In this document: positions 16,261-25,122 of the stretch, one piece after another | How the letters are laid out: the number at the start of each line of letters is the position of its first letter | Numbering within the stretch: the stretch's first letter is position 1 | Origin: Massilicoli timonensis | GTDB taxonomy: Bacteria; Bacillota_I; Bacilli_A; Erysipelotrichales; Erysipelotrichaceae | Length of the DNA: 32,000 nucleotides | Direction of reading: 5' to 3' | Assembly (NCBI RefSeq): GCF_900199515.1 | Contig: NZ_LT963434.1 | Location: forward strand, 1,442,180 to 1,474,179 | The notes under the pieces: generated by a model | The model's input: the letters and a program-made list of their open reading frames with translations, nothing else | What the model was told of the DNA's origin: nothing | Database searches by the model: none | Position numbers and translations under genes: made by a program

Positions 16261-17763
16261 ATGGACAGCTTGATTGCTTCGCTGCTCGCGTATGGCAAAA
16301 AGCATCAGTTATATGAGGAAGCAGATACGGTGTATGTAACCAATCAGCTGCTGCACCTATTGGGAAAGGAATCCTATGAAGAAGCAAAGCCGCTGGCGAT
16401 GCCGATTGAAACGATCTTGGAAAAGCTTTGTGATGCGGCAGTTGAAAATAAGCGCTTAGAAGATACGAAACGGCAGCGTGATGCCTTTGACAGCGCCTTG
16501 ATGAATGCGATGATGGCGCGCCCTTCCTCGATCATTGCACATTTTGAAGCGTTATATGCAAAAGATGCGAAACAGGCAACCGACTGGTTTTATGAACAGT
16601 CTATCGCAAGTCATTATATCCGGATGGACCGTATTGCGAAAAATATCTGTTATCGAGCCGATACACGTTTTGGAACATTGGATATTACGATCAATTTATC
16701 AAAGCCGGAGAAAGATCCAAAGGATATTGCCGCGGCTTTGCATGCCGCAAGCAGCACTTATCCAAAATGTGTGATCTGTCGGGAGTGTGAGGGTTATTAT
16801 GGCAATGTGAATTGTGATGGCAGAAGCAATCACCGCATCATACCGCTGGAATTAGATCATCATCGCTGGTATCTACAGTATTCTCCTTATGTCTACTATA
16901 ATGAACACTGCATTGTGTTGAATGAAGCGCATACCCCGATGAAGATCACGAAACAAACCTTTATGAATCTGTTATCTTTCGTAAAACAGTTTCCGCATTA
17001 TTTCCTCGGTTCAAATGCCGATCTGCCGATCGTAGGCGGTTCTATTTTAAGTCATGATCACTATCAGGGCGGTTGTTACACATTCGCAATGAGCGAGGCG
17101 AAGATCATGAAGCAGTATGACTGTTTTATCGAACAGGGAATCGAAACAGAACGTCTATACTGGCCGCTTACGACACTGCGCTTAAAGGGAAAACAGATCG
17201 AAGCGCTGTGTGATGCGGCTGAGGTAATATTGCGGACATGGCGCAGTTACAGTGATGAAAGTGTTGGTGTCATAGCAAAAAGTGATGCTTTGCATAATAC
17301 GATCACACCGATCGCAAGACAGCGAAACGGTATTTATGAACTGGATCTGGTACTGCGCAACAACCGTACGAGCGAAGCGCATCCATTAGGGATCTTTCAT
17401 CCACATGAAGAGATCCACCATATTAAAAAAGAAAATATCGGCTTGATCGAAGTGATGGGCTTGGCGGTATTGCCGGCTCGCTTAATTCGTGAATTAGCGG
17501 ATATGGAGCGTTATGTGTTGGGACAGCCGACACAGGGTGAGATTGGTACGCATATAGATTGGTTAAAGGCACTGATGGAAAAGCATACCTTTACGCAAGC
17601 AAATGCGGCAGAGATCTTAAAACAGGAAATCGCAGAAGTGTTTGCGGAAGGATTGGCACACTGCGGTGTATTCAAGCTAGATCATGCGGGAGAAGAAGCG
17701 TGTGATCGCTTTATGGAGCAGGTATTGCAAAATACGACGACGAATACAGGAGGACGAACATGA
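16261..17763 (+). CDS. galT: UDP-glucose--hexose-1-phosphate uridylyltransferase, class II (Firmicutes-type GalT / LnpC-like)
   Basis: At 500 aa it fits the class II GalT size. The N-terminus resembles the Bacillus and Streptococcus GalT sequences as I recall them, and an HDHYQ active-site motif is present. The stop overlaps the next start (ATGA at 17760-17763). Confidence 0.82.
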   Translation: MDSLIASLLAYGKKHQLYEEADTVYVTNQLLHLLGKESYEEAKPLAMPIETILEKLCDAAVENKRLEDTKRQRDAFDSALMNAMMARPSSIIAHFEALYAKDAKQATDWFYEQSIASHYIRMDRIAKNICYRADTRFGTLDITINLSKPEKDPKDIAAALHAASSTYPKCVICRECEGYYGNVNCDGRSNHRIIPLELDHHRWYLQYSPYVYYNEHCIVLNEAHTPMKITKQTFMNLLSFVKQFPHYFLGSNADLPIVGGSILSHDHYQGGCYTFAMSEAKIMKQYDCFIEQGIETERLYWPLTTLRLKGKQIEALCDAAEVILRTWRSYSDESVGVIAKSDALHNTITPIARQRNGIYELDLVLRNNRTSEAHPLGIFHPHEEIHHIKKENIGLIEVMGLAVLPARLIRELADMERYVLGQPTQGEIGTHIDWLKALMEKHTFTQANAAEILKQEIAEVFAEGLAHCGVFKLDHAGEEACDRFMEQVLQNTTTNTGGRT

Positions 17764-19901
17764 AAACTGGTAGAGTTACCGTGCCGACTGATGTTGATGT
17801 AATCGACGATACGATCAAGATCATCAACCGCTGGAAGGCAGATGCGATTCGTGACTGCGACGGAACCGATATGCCGGACGCATTGCGAAAAATGAATATC
17901 AAACAATATGCGACTTATTATACGACAAGAAAAGATAACGCATGGGCAAAAGCGCATCCGGAAGAAATCCAGCAGATGTACTTGATGAGCGATTATATCA
18001 CAGCCAAAGGCGAAGAACTGCGCATTTCGATCATGAAGCACTACTATGATCAACAGTTAAAGCCGAATACGATCGATGATATTCACAGATGGTGGGAAGT
18101 CATTGACCGTACAACTGATGAACCGATACAAGACTGGGAATATGATGAAGAAAAAAGAGAAGTCATCATTCATCATGCGATTCCCTATCATGCCTATACG
18201 GTAAGCTTTTTGGCATTTGTGATCTGGGATCCGGTTCATATGTATAACGCTTTGACAAATGATTGGAAAGACGAAGAGCATCAGATGACCTATGATGTAC
18301 GTCAGCCTAAAACACAGGCATATGTAAAAGAAAAACTGCGTAAATTCGTACAGGAAAGAGAAGATGTCAATGTCGTGCGGTTTACGACTTTCTTCCATCA
18401 GTTTACTTTGCAGTTCAATGAATATGCAAAGGAAAAATTTGTGGACTGGTTCGGATATAGCGGTTCAGTCTCCCCTTATATATTAGAGAAGTTCGAAAAG
18501 GAAGTCGGCTATCCGTTCCGTCCGGAATACATCATCAACAAAGGCTTTCATAATTCCACTTTCTGTGTACCTACCAAAGAGTTTAAGGATTTTCTGGATT
18601 TCCAGCAGCGTGAGGTATGCGCACTGGCAAAAGAGTTAGTGGATATCTGCCATGAAGCGGGAAAAGAAGCGATGATGTTTTTGGGCGATCACTGGATCGG
18701 TACGGAACCGTTTGGCAAATACTTCAAAGAAATCGGATTAGATGCGGTAGTCGGAAGTGTGGGAAACGGTACGACGCTGCGCTTGATTTCCGATATTGAA
18801 GGAGTCAATTATACGGAAGGTCGTTTCTTGCCGTATTTCTTCCCGGATACGTTTTATGAAGGCGGCGATCCGCTGAAAGAAGCCAAAGAAAACTGGGTAA
18901 CGGCGAGACGGGCGATCTTGCGCAAACCGGTGGATCGAATCGGCTATGGCGGTTATCTGAAGCTGGCTTTGCAATTCCCGGAATTTATTGACTATATTGA
19001 ACATGTTTGTGATGAATTCAGAGAATTATATGAACACGTTAATCAGCAGACACCGCATAACCTTTTGACGGTAGGAGTCTTAAACTGCTGGGGAGAACTG
19101 CGCAGATGGGGTACCCATATGGTGGCACATGCTTTATGGTATAAGCAGATTTATTCTTACAGCGGAGTGCTGGAAGCTTTAAGCGGAATGCCGTTTGATG
19201 TGAAATTCATCAGTTTTGATGATCTGCGCAAAGACGCTTCGATCTTAAACGATGTTGATGTGCTGATCAATGTCGGCGATGCTTATACCGCATTCAGCGG
19301 CGGTGAGGAATTTGATCCGGAAATCGTTGCGATCTTGCGCCGGTACGTGGATGAGGGGAAAGGGTTTATCGGAATCGGTGAACCGACCGCCAATGCGAAA
19401 GGCGGAAAATGCTTTGCCCTTTACGATGTTTTAGGTGTCGATCAGGAACTGGGCTTTACCCTTAGCCATGATAAATATAACTGGGAAACGCATCCGCATT
19501 TTATCAGCGAGCAATTAACGCATGAGAATTTCGGTGAAGAGGTCCGCAATATTTATGCGTTAGACGGCACGATCGTCGTTTGTGAAAAAGAGCAGAATAT
19601 CAACCTTGCGGTCAATGCTTATGGAAAAGGCCGAAGCGTTTATATGAACGGTCTGCCATTCAGTTTTGAAAATGCGCGTCTGCTTTACCGCAGTATCTTT
19701 TATGCGGCAGGGAAAGAAGCGGAAATGAAAAAATGGTACAGTGAAAACTACAATGTAGAAGTCAATGTTTATCCTTCTACGAACAGTTATTGCGTAGTGA
19801 ATAATACTTATGAGCCGCAGGATACGATCGTATATAAAGGCGATGGCAGCAGTTTTGCACTGCATTTAGATGCTTGTGAGCTGAAGTGGTTTACCATTTA
19901 A
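17760..19901 (+). CDS. GH112 family 1,3-beta-galactosyl-N-acetylhexosamine phosphorylase (GNB/LNB phosphorylase family)
   Basis: 713 aa. The N-terminus MKTGRVTVPTD...WKADAIRDCDGTDMPD aligns with my recollection of Bifidobacterium LnpA (..GRFTLPSE...WGADAIRNSDGTHLDE). The context (ABC transporter plus galT) matches known GNB/LNB clusters. Substrate specificity within GH112 cannot be read from the sequence. Confidence 0.8.
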   Translation: MKTGRVTVPTDVDVIDDTIKIINRWKADAIRDCDGTDMPDALRKMNIKQYATYYTTRKDNAWAKAHPEEIQQMYLMSDYITAKGEELRISIMKHYYDQQLKPNTIDDIHRWWEVIDRTTDEPIQDWEYDEEKREVIIHHAIPYHAYTVSFLAFVIWDPVHMYNALTNDWKDEEHQMTYDVRQPKTQAYVKEKLRKFVQEREDVNVVRFTTFFHQFTLQFNEYAKEKFVDWFGYSGSVSPYILEKFEKEVGYPFRPEYIINKGFHNSTFCVPTKEFKDFLDFQQREVCALAKELVDICHEAGKEAMMFLGDHWIGTEPFGKYFKEIGLDAVVGSVGNGTTLRLISDIEGVNYTEGRFLPYFFPDTFYEGGDPLKEAKENWVTARRAILRKPVDRIGYGGYLKLALQFPEFIDYIEHVCDEFRELYEHVNQQTPHNLLTVGVLNCWGELRRWGTHMVAHALWYKQIYSYSGVLEALSGMPFDVKFISFDDLRKDASILNDVDVLINVGDAYTAFSGGEEFDPEIVAILRRYVDEGKGFIGIGEPTANAKGGKCFALYDVLGVDQELGFTLSHDKYNWETHPHFISEQLTHENFGEEVRNIYALDGTIVVCEKEQNINLAVNAYGKGRSVYMNGLPFSFENARLLYRSIFYAAGKEAEMKKWYSENYNVEVNVYPSTNSYCVVNNTYEPQDTIVYKGDGSSFALHLDACELKWFTI

Positions 19902-19910
19902 TGAAACAGA

Positions 19911-19942
19911 AGCGATCCATAAGGGGAAAGGGTCGCTTTTTC
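19911..19942 (+). terminator. Rho-independent terminator of the GH112 operon
   Basis: AGCGATCC (19911-19918) pairs with GGGTCGCT (19930-19937), with one G-U pair. The stem is followed by TTTTTCTC. Confidence 0.65.
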
Positions 19943-20043
19943 TCATTTCAGAAAAAGCAAAAGAAAAAACATCAGGACAGTCGGTTTTCATTGCGTGAAA
20001 GTAGGGTTTATGATAGTATTTGAAAAGAAAAAGGAGGGATCTT

Positions 20044-20913
20044 ATGGCAAATATCGTATATGGAAATGAATTAGCGGTACAGATCAAGGCAGATATCAAA
20101 AAGAGAATCGATCAAATGAAGCAACAACAGCGTCGTTTGCCGAAGTTAAGCGTCATCATTGCCGGAGAAGATCCTTCTGCTCTTTCTTATATAAAAAGCA
20201 AAGAAAAGGCGTGCGAGGAAGTAGGCATCTTAAATGGTCTGATCACACTGCCGCAGGATGTGGAAGAAGCTGCCCTGATCGATGCGATCAAGCAATTAAA
20301 TGCCGATGACAGCGTAGATGGGATTTTGGTACAGCTGCCTTTGCCAAAGCAGATACATGAAGAAAAAGTACTGGCGTGCATTGATCCGAGCAAAGATGTA
20401 GACGGTTTTCAGCCGGTCAACCTCGGGAAACTGCTATTACAGCAGAAAAGCTTTCAGCCATGCACGGCAAAAAGTGTGATGCGGATCCTAAAAGAAATCG
20501 GAATGGAAGATCTAAGCGGCAAGCATGCGGTGGTCATTGGCAGAAGCAATATTGTCGGGAAACCGGTTGCTCAGCTGCTACTTAAACAGCATGCGACCGT
20601 AACGATCTGTCACTCTAAAACAGCTGATCTAAAGAAGTTTACAAAACAGGCTGATTTGTTGGTCGTAGCCGTCGGAAGGGCGCGTATGATCGATGCGTCT
20701 TATGTAAAAGCGGGCGCCGTGGTAATCGATGTAGGTGTAAATCGCGATGAAAACGGGAAATTATGCGGAGATGTTGATTTTGCTTCCGTGGAGCCGCTTG
20801 CTTCATATCTGACGCCGGTTCCAAAAGGCGTAGGGCCGATGACCAGTGTGATGCTTTTGGAAAATACGCTGGAAGCATATGAAGAAAGGGAGAAGATGTA
20901 TGGGCGATTATGA
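20044..20913 (+). CDS. folD: Bifunctional methylenetetrahydrofolate dehydrogenase / methenyltetrahydrofolate cyclohydrolase
   Basis: The sequence contains ...YIKSKEKACEEVGI... and GRSNIVGKPVAQLL, plus PVPKGVGPMT. AAAGGAGGG precedes ATG 20044. Track ORF 20020 is an upstream extension. Confidence 0.93.
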   Translation: MANIVYGNELAVQIKADIKKRIDQMKQQQRRLPKLSVIIAGEDPSALSYIKSKEKACEEVGILNGLITLPQDVEEAALIDAIKQLNADDSVDGILVQLPLPKQIHEEKVLACIDPSKDVDGFQPVNLGKLLLQQKSFQPCTAKSVMRILKEIGMEDLSGKHAVVIGRSNIVGKPVAQLLLKQHATVTICHSKTADLKKFTKQADLLVVAVGRARMIDASYVKAGAVVIDVGVNRDENGKLCGDVDFASVEPLASYLTPVPKGVGPMTSVMLLENTLEAYEEREKMYGRL

Positions 20914-21109
20914 CTTGAATGATATTGTGGAAATGAAAAAACAGCACCCTTGCAAGAAATCCAAATACTGGAAGATCATTCGTATGGGTGCGGATATTCG
21001 CATCAAATGTTTGGGATGCGGCACATCCGTGTTATTTCCGCGCTATGAATTTGAGAAGAAATTAAAACGCATTGTGGAAAAAGCAGAACATACAGAAGGG
21101 AAGGAATAA
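20900..21109 (+). CDS. DUF951 family small protein (YyzM-like)
   Basis: ...KKQHPCKKSKYWKIIRMGADIRIKCLGCGTSVLFPRYEFEKKLK matches the DUF951 pattern. It has conserved synteny immediately upstream of ychF. The RBS AAGGGAG precedes ATG 20900, and the gene overlaps the folD 3' end by 14 nt. Confidence 0.75.
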   Translation: MGDYDLNDIVEMKKQHPCKKSKYWKIIRMGADIRIKCLGCGTSVLFPRYEFEKKLKRIVEKAEHTEGKE

Positions 21110-21111
21110 AG

Positions 21112-22215
21112 ATGGCATTGACAGCAGGAATCGTAGGTTTGCCGAATGTCGGAAAATCAACTTTATTTAATGCAATTACAAAATCACAAGTAGAAGCCGC
21201 AAATTATCCGTTTGCGACCATTTCTCCGAATGTGGGAGTCGTAGAGGTGCCGGATGCGCGATTAGATCGTTTAAGCGCATTATTTCATCCTAAGAAAACC
21301 ATTCATGCGACGTTTGAATTTACCGATATTGCCGGGTTGGTAAAAGGCGCAAGCAAGGGAGAAGGCTTAGGCAACCAGTTTTTAAGCAATATTCGTTTGA
21401 CCGATGCCATTTGCCATGTGGTCAGATGCTTTGATGACAGTGATATTACCCATGTCGAGGGCAGTGTCGATCCGATCCGTGATATTGAGATCATCAATCT
21501 GGAACTGATCATGGCAGACTTACAGACCGTGGAAAATCGTTTGGGTAAGATCGAACGCAAGGCGATGACCAATAAAGACAAAGAAGCAATGGCAGAAGTG
21601 GAACTGTTAAGGCGTGTCAAGGAAGCGCTGGAAGCAGAGAAACCGGCACAAAGCGTGGAAATGGATAAGGAAGAACGGCTGCAGATGAAAAACTATAATC
21701 TGCTTACGATGAAGCCGATGATCTATATTGCCAATATGTCCGAGGAAGAAATCGCTGCACCGCAGGACAATGCTTACTTTAAGCTGGTAAAGGAATATGC
21801 GGCTGCGCATAACAGCGAAGTGGTGCCGATCTGCGCCAAAGTGGAAGAAGAATTAAGCAGTTTGTCAAAAGAAGAAAAAGATGCGTTTATGCAAGAAATG
21901 GAAATGGGGGAAAGCGGTCTGGATCAGGTCATCAAAACAGCTTATCGCATTTTGGATCTGTGTACGTTCTTAACTGCCGGTGAAGATGAATGCCGGGCAT
22001 GGACGTTTCGCAAAGGCATGAGCGCGCCGCAGTGTGCCGGTGTGATCCACACCGATTTTCAAAAGGGCTTTATCCGGGCAGAAACCTATCGTTTTGAAGA
22101 TATTGACGAATTAGAAAATGAACATGCGATCAAGGAAGCGGGACGGCTTCGATTAGAGGGAAAAGACTATATCGTGCAGGATGGCGATGTGCTGCATTTC
22201 CGCTTCAATGTCTAA
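21112..22215 (+). CDS. ychF: Ribosome-binding ATPase YchF (Obg-like GTPase family)
   Basis: The N-terminus GIVGLPNVGKSTLFNA is a P-loop, and the protein carries DIAGLVKGAS. The TGS-type C-terminus reads DGDVLHFRFNV. Confidence 0.95.
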   Translation: MALTAGIVGLPNVGKSTLFNAITKSQVEAANYPFATISPNVGVVEVPDARLDRLSALFHPKKTIHATFEFTDIAGLVKGASKGEGLGNQFLSNIRLTDAICHVVRCFDDSDITHVEGSVDPIRDIEIINLELIMADLQTVENRLGKIERKAMTNKDKEAMAEVELLRRVKEALEAEKPAQSVEMDKEERLQMKNYNLLTMKPMIYIANMSEEEIAAPQDNAYFKLVKEYAAAHNSEVVPICAKVEEELSSLSKEEKDAFMQEMEMGESGLDQVIKTAYRILDLCTFLTAGEDECRAWTFRKGMSAPQCAGVIHTDFQKGFIRAETYRFEDIDELENEHAIKEAGRLRLEGKDYIVQDGDVLHFRFNV

Positions 22216-22221
22216 TAGCAG

Positions 22222-22256
22222 AAAAAAGATGTCTTGTGAAAACAGGGCATTTTTTG
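22222..22256 (+). terminator. Terminator after ychF
   Basis: ATGTCTTG (22229-22236) pairs with CAGGGCAT (22243-22250), including two G-U pairs. It is flanked by an A-run and TTTTTTG. Confidence 0.55.
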
Positions 22257-22295
22257 CGTATCGACAGATGATAAGCAAGCAGCGAAAACATAAAG

Positions 22296-22332
22296 AAAAA
22301 CGATGTCAGCCACTGGGAAAGACATCGTTTTC
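22296..22332 (-). terminator. Terminator after the NhaC-family gene
   Basis: AACGATGTC pairs perfectly with GACATCGTT (22299-22307 with 22321-22329). On the minus strand the stem is followed by TTTTTCTTTATG. Confidence 0.7.
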
Positions 22333-22354
22333 AATGATAAAGCGTGAATGGCAC

Positions 22355-23839
22355 TTATCCTTTTTTTGCGAGCAGTACCTTCAAAGCGAAAGAGCTTGCA
22401 AAGAAGATCACTGCCGTTAAAAGAAGCGATAAGAGCATGCTTTCGGTTATGCCTGCAATCAAATAGCCGATACAGGAGATCACTGCCACAAAGCAGGCGA
22501 GCGGCAGCTGGGTCATGACATGATCGATATGATGACATTTTGCCCCTGCTGAGGATAAGATCGTCGTATCTGAGATCGGCGAGCAGTGGTCGCCATAAAC
22601 CGAACCGGCCAAAACAGCGCCTAGGCAGATGGTGAAGATCTGTGGATCAAGTGTCATGGCCATCTGTGCACCGATTGGCAGCATCACACCGAAAGTACCC
22701 CAGCTGGTACCGGTTGCCAGCGCCATAAAGCAGGAAATGACGAACAGCACGGCCGGCAGATAAGCGCTGTTAAAATCCATTGAGGCAAACAGGCCCGATA
22801 AATAAGTGCCGGTGCCTACCGCGGAGATGAGTTCGATCAGTGCCCATGCGAAGCATAAGATCAAACAAGCGCCGGTCATGGAACGGATGCCTTCCCAGAA
22901 TGGTTTGACATAAACACGATGTCCGGCACGATGATAGCGGAACAGGGCAAACGCGATTGCAATGATCGCACCGACCAACAGGGACAGATACGTATCCGTA
23001 TTTTCTAAGATCGCCATAAAATCAAGCGCTCTGGCTGCCTGCCATCCGGTCAAAAACATCATCGACAAAGTAACAATGATCAAAACGCCGATCGGTACAA
23101 GCAAATCTGATGCTTTTCCTGTTTCCGTTTGGACTTCTTCCTCTATTTCGGCAACTTCCCGATATTTCATCTTACCGGGATTGATGTTCCAGAAAATCGT
23201 TACGAGCACAAATAACAAAGAGAATATGGCATAAAAGTTATAAGGAATGATCGACAGGAACCCGATGAACGGAGCCGTATCGATCTCATGCGTCGCATAG
23301 ATTACACCGAGCAACCCGATGATATAAGCGCCCCAGCTTGAAATCGGTGAAATCACACATACCGGCGCACTGGTAGAATCAATGATATAAGCCAGCTTTT
23401 CCCGTGATACACGATAGCGGTCCGTAAGAGGACGAGCGATTTCTCCGACAGTCAAAGCATTGAAATAATCATCAATGAATATGATGACCCCCAGTATAAA
23501 AGCCAACAGCTGCGCACCGGCGCCGCTTTTCACATGCTTGCTTGCCCATTGTGCAAAAGCGCTCGTACCGCCCATTCTGGCAATGAAGGCGGTCAATACC
23601 CCTAATAACAGCAAAAATGCCATTAGGTACAAATTAGATACATTCCACGCCCCATCGACATAAAACAGGTGTAAAAACGACTCTAAAACCGCCTGTGCCG
23701 CCTGTATGACATTCATGTCATGAATGATCAGCGCGGAAGAAACGATCCCCAACGTAATTGATAAAATAACCTTTTTTGATAACAGCACACAGATTATGAC
23801 CAAAACCGGGGGAATCAAAGAATAAATACTGCCTTCCAT
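22355..23839 (-). CDS. NhaC family Na+/H+ antiporter-type transporter (likely lysine-related, given its leader)
   Basis: 494 aa with about 12 TM segments and NhaC-like sequence character. GGAGGAGG lies 7 nt before the ATG. Confidence 0.8.
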   Translation of the reverse strand: MEGSIYSLIPPVLVIICVLLSKKVILSITLGIVSSALIIHDMNVIQAAQAVLESFLHLFYVDGAWNVSNLYLMAFLLLLGVLTAFIARMGGTSAFAQWASKHVKSGAGAQLLAFILGVIIFIDDYFNALTVGEIARPLTDRYRVSREKLAYIIDSTSAPVCVISPISSWGAYIIGLLGVIYATHEIDTAPFIGFLSIIPYNFYAIFSLLFVLVTIFWNINPGKMKYREVAEIEEEVQTETGKASDLLVPIGVLIIVTLSMMFLTGWQAARALDFMAILENTDTYLSLLVGAIIAIAFALFRYHRAGHRVYVKPFWEGIRSMTGACLILCFAWALIELISAVGTGTYLSGLFASMDFNSAYLPAVLFVISCFMALATGTSWGTFGVMLPIGAQMAMTLDPQIFTICLGAVLAGSVYGDHCSPISDTTILSSAGAKCHHIDHVMTQLPLACFVAVISCIGYLIAGITESMLLSLLLTAVIFFASSFALKVLLAKKG

Positions 23840-23856
23840 AAGGCCACCTCCTCCAA

Positions 23857-23884
23857 ATAAAAAAACGATAGCCGATGCTATCGC
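23857..23884 (-). terminator. Expression-platform terminator of the lysine riboswitch
   Basis: On the minus strand, CGATAGC-ATCG-GCTATCG (23883-23866) is followed by TTTTTTT (23865-23859). It lies just upstream of the SD. Confidence 0.8.
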
Positions 23885-23900
23885 ATGATTTCAGATCGAT

Positions 23901-24060
23901 CTCAATAGCACCATCACAGTTTCTGTGAGAGTCTGCAGCTTATTCACCTGCAGCCCAGCATATGCTTTGACGAGAAGTCATACACTTCGGCGAACAACCC
24001 TTTCAAAAAACAGTATCGGCAGTCAGCCACTGTTGCTCTACTGATCTTGCTCGCGCCTCT
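23901..24060 (-). promoter_or_regulatory. Lysine riboswitch (L-box) aptamer
   Basis: The minus-strand RNA reads AGAGGCGCGAGCAAGATCAGTAGAGC...TTTGAAAGGGTTGTTCGCCGAAGTG...TGCTGGGCTGCAGG...CTCTCACAGAAACTGTGATGGTGCTATTGAG. It shares the conserved blocks AGAGGYGCGA, AGTA, GAAAGGG, CGCCGAAG and CTGG with the B. subtilis lysC and Thermotoga L-boxes as I recall them. Confidence 0.85.
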
Positions 24061-24086
24061 ATTTGATTCGTTTTTTTATAGTACCA

Positions 24087-24115
24087 ATGATACGATAATC
24101 CGATAAAGAAGTCAA
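24087..24115 (-). promoter_or_regulatory. Candidate promoter for the L-box/nhaC transcript
   Basis: On the minus strand, TTGACT (24115-24110), a 17-nt spacer, then TATCAT (24092-24087). This places it about 25 nt upstream of the aptamer. Confidence 0.5.
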
Positions 24116-24133
24116 ACAATTCCCGAAAGGAAG

Positions 24134-25003
24134 TCAAGATTCACAAGAAAATCCATTCTTTTCAAGGAATTGTACCAATTTCGGATATGCTTTTTTCGCA
24201 TCTTCATAACCCAACTGATAAAGATCCTGTAATTTCTGTTTGTTTTTCTCCAAACGGGAAATATTGACCGGAACCGATGGCTGAATGACAAATACACTTC
24301 CCTGCCGTTTCAGTGTTTCCAGTTCATCTAAAGTTTGATTATAACGGATATGGCGCGTCTTTAAGGCCTCATATAACTTAGGATAATCACGGTAAACACA
24401 TTTGATCAGCGGCAACAGATTATTTTTGCCTTTGCGATAAGAATGATGCTGGGTAAGAACGACAATATTATGCGTATAGCCTCTTTCTTTGAAATAGGTG
24501 ATCGGAATCGAATCACTGCAGCCTCCATCCATTAACAAAGTGCCATCTGCTTCCACCGGTCTTGCTAGTAACGGCAAAGAGGAAGACGCCTGCACATATT
24601 TGATATCTGCACGCATGTCTTTAGCGACATGATAATGCGGCTTACCGCTTTTGATATCTGTCGATACGATGACAAATTCTGCTTTGCGCCGATCAAAGGC
24701 CTCATAATCAAAAGGATCCAGTTCATTGGGGATCCGGTTGAACAACATATCCATGCCGAAGATCGACCCGGTCTTCAAAAAATTACGCATGCTTAAATAG
24801 TCAGGATCATCTAAATAGTTCAGATTGACCCGCAGATTGCGCTGATACTGCTTAGATAAAAAAGAAACACCATGACAGGAACCTGCCGATACACCGATCA
24901 CGCCATCCACTGCAATGTTCTTTTCCAAAAAATAATCCAAGACGCCGGCAGTATAAACGCCCCGCATGCCGCCTCCTTCTAATACCAAGCCCAGTCGATT
25001 CAT
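24134..25003 (-). CDS. Patatin-like phospholipase family protein
   Basis: The oxyanion motif GGGMRG, the nucleophile elbow GVSAGS (GxSxG) and a DGG motif (LMDGGCSD) are present. AAAGGAG precedes ATG 25003. The track start 25027 is an extension. Confidence 0.88.
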   Translation of the reverse strand: MNRLGLVLEGGGMRGVYTAGVLDYFLEKNIAVDGVIGVSAGSCHGVSFLSKQYQRNLRVNLNYLDDPDYLSMRNFLKTGSIFGMDMLFNRIPNELDPFDYEAFDRRKAEFVIVSTDIKSGKPHYHVAKDMRADIKYVQASSSLPLLARPVEADGTLLMDGGCSDSIPITYFKERGYTHNIVVLTQHHSYRKGKNNLLPLIKCVYRDYPKLYEALKTRHIRYNQTLDELETLKRQGSVFVIQPSVPVNISRLEKNKQKLQDLYQLGYEDAKKAYPKLVQFLEKNGFSCES

Positions 25004-25122
25004 AACACCACTCCTTTTATTGCCCATTATATCACAAAAAACAGAGCATCAAAAAAAGAAAGAAGCAAATGACTGGGGAAATGCCGAGAAACACATATAA
25101 TAAAAGCAGAGAGGAATGATTT

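Noticed and set aside
25026-25052. TATAAT (minus, 25031-25026) with TTGATG upstream as the patatin promoter
   Set aside because: The spacer is only about 15 nt. The -10 element alone is not enough to call a promoter in this A/T-rich stretch.
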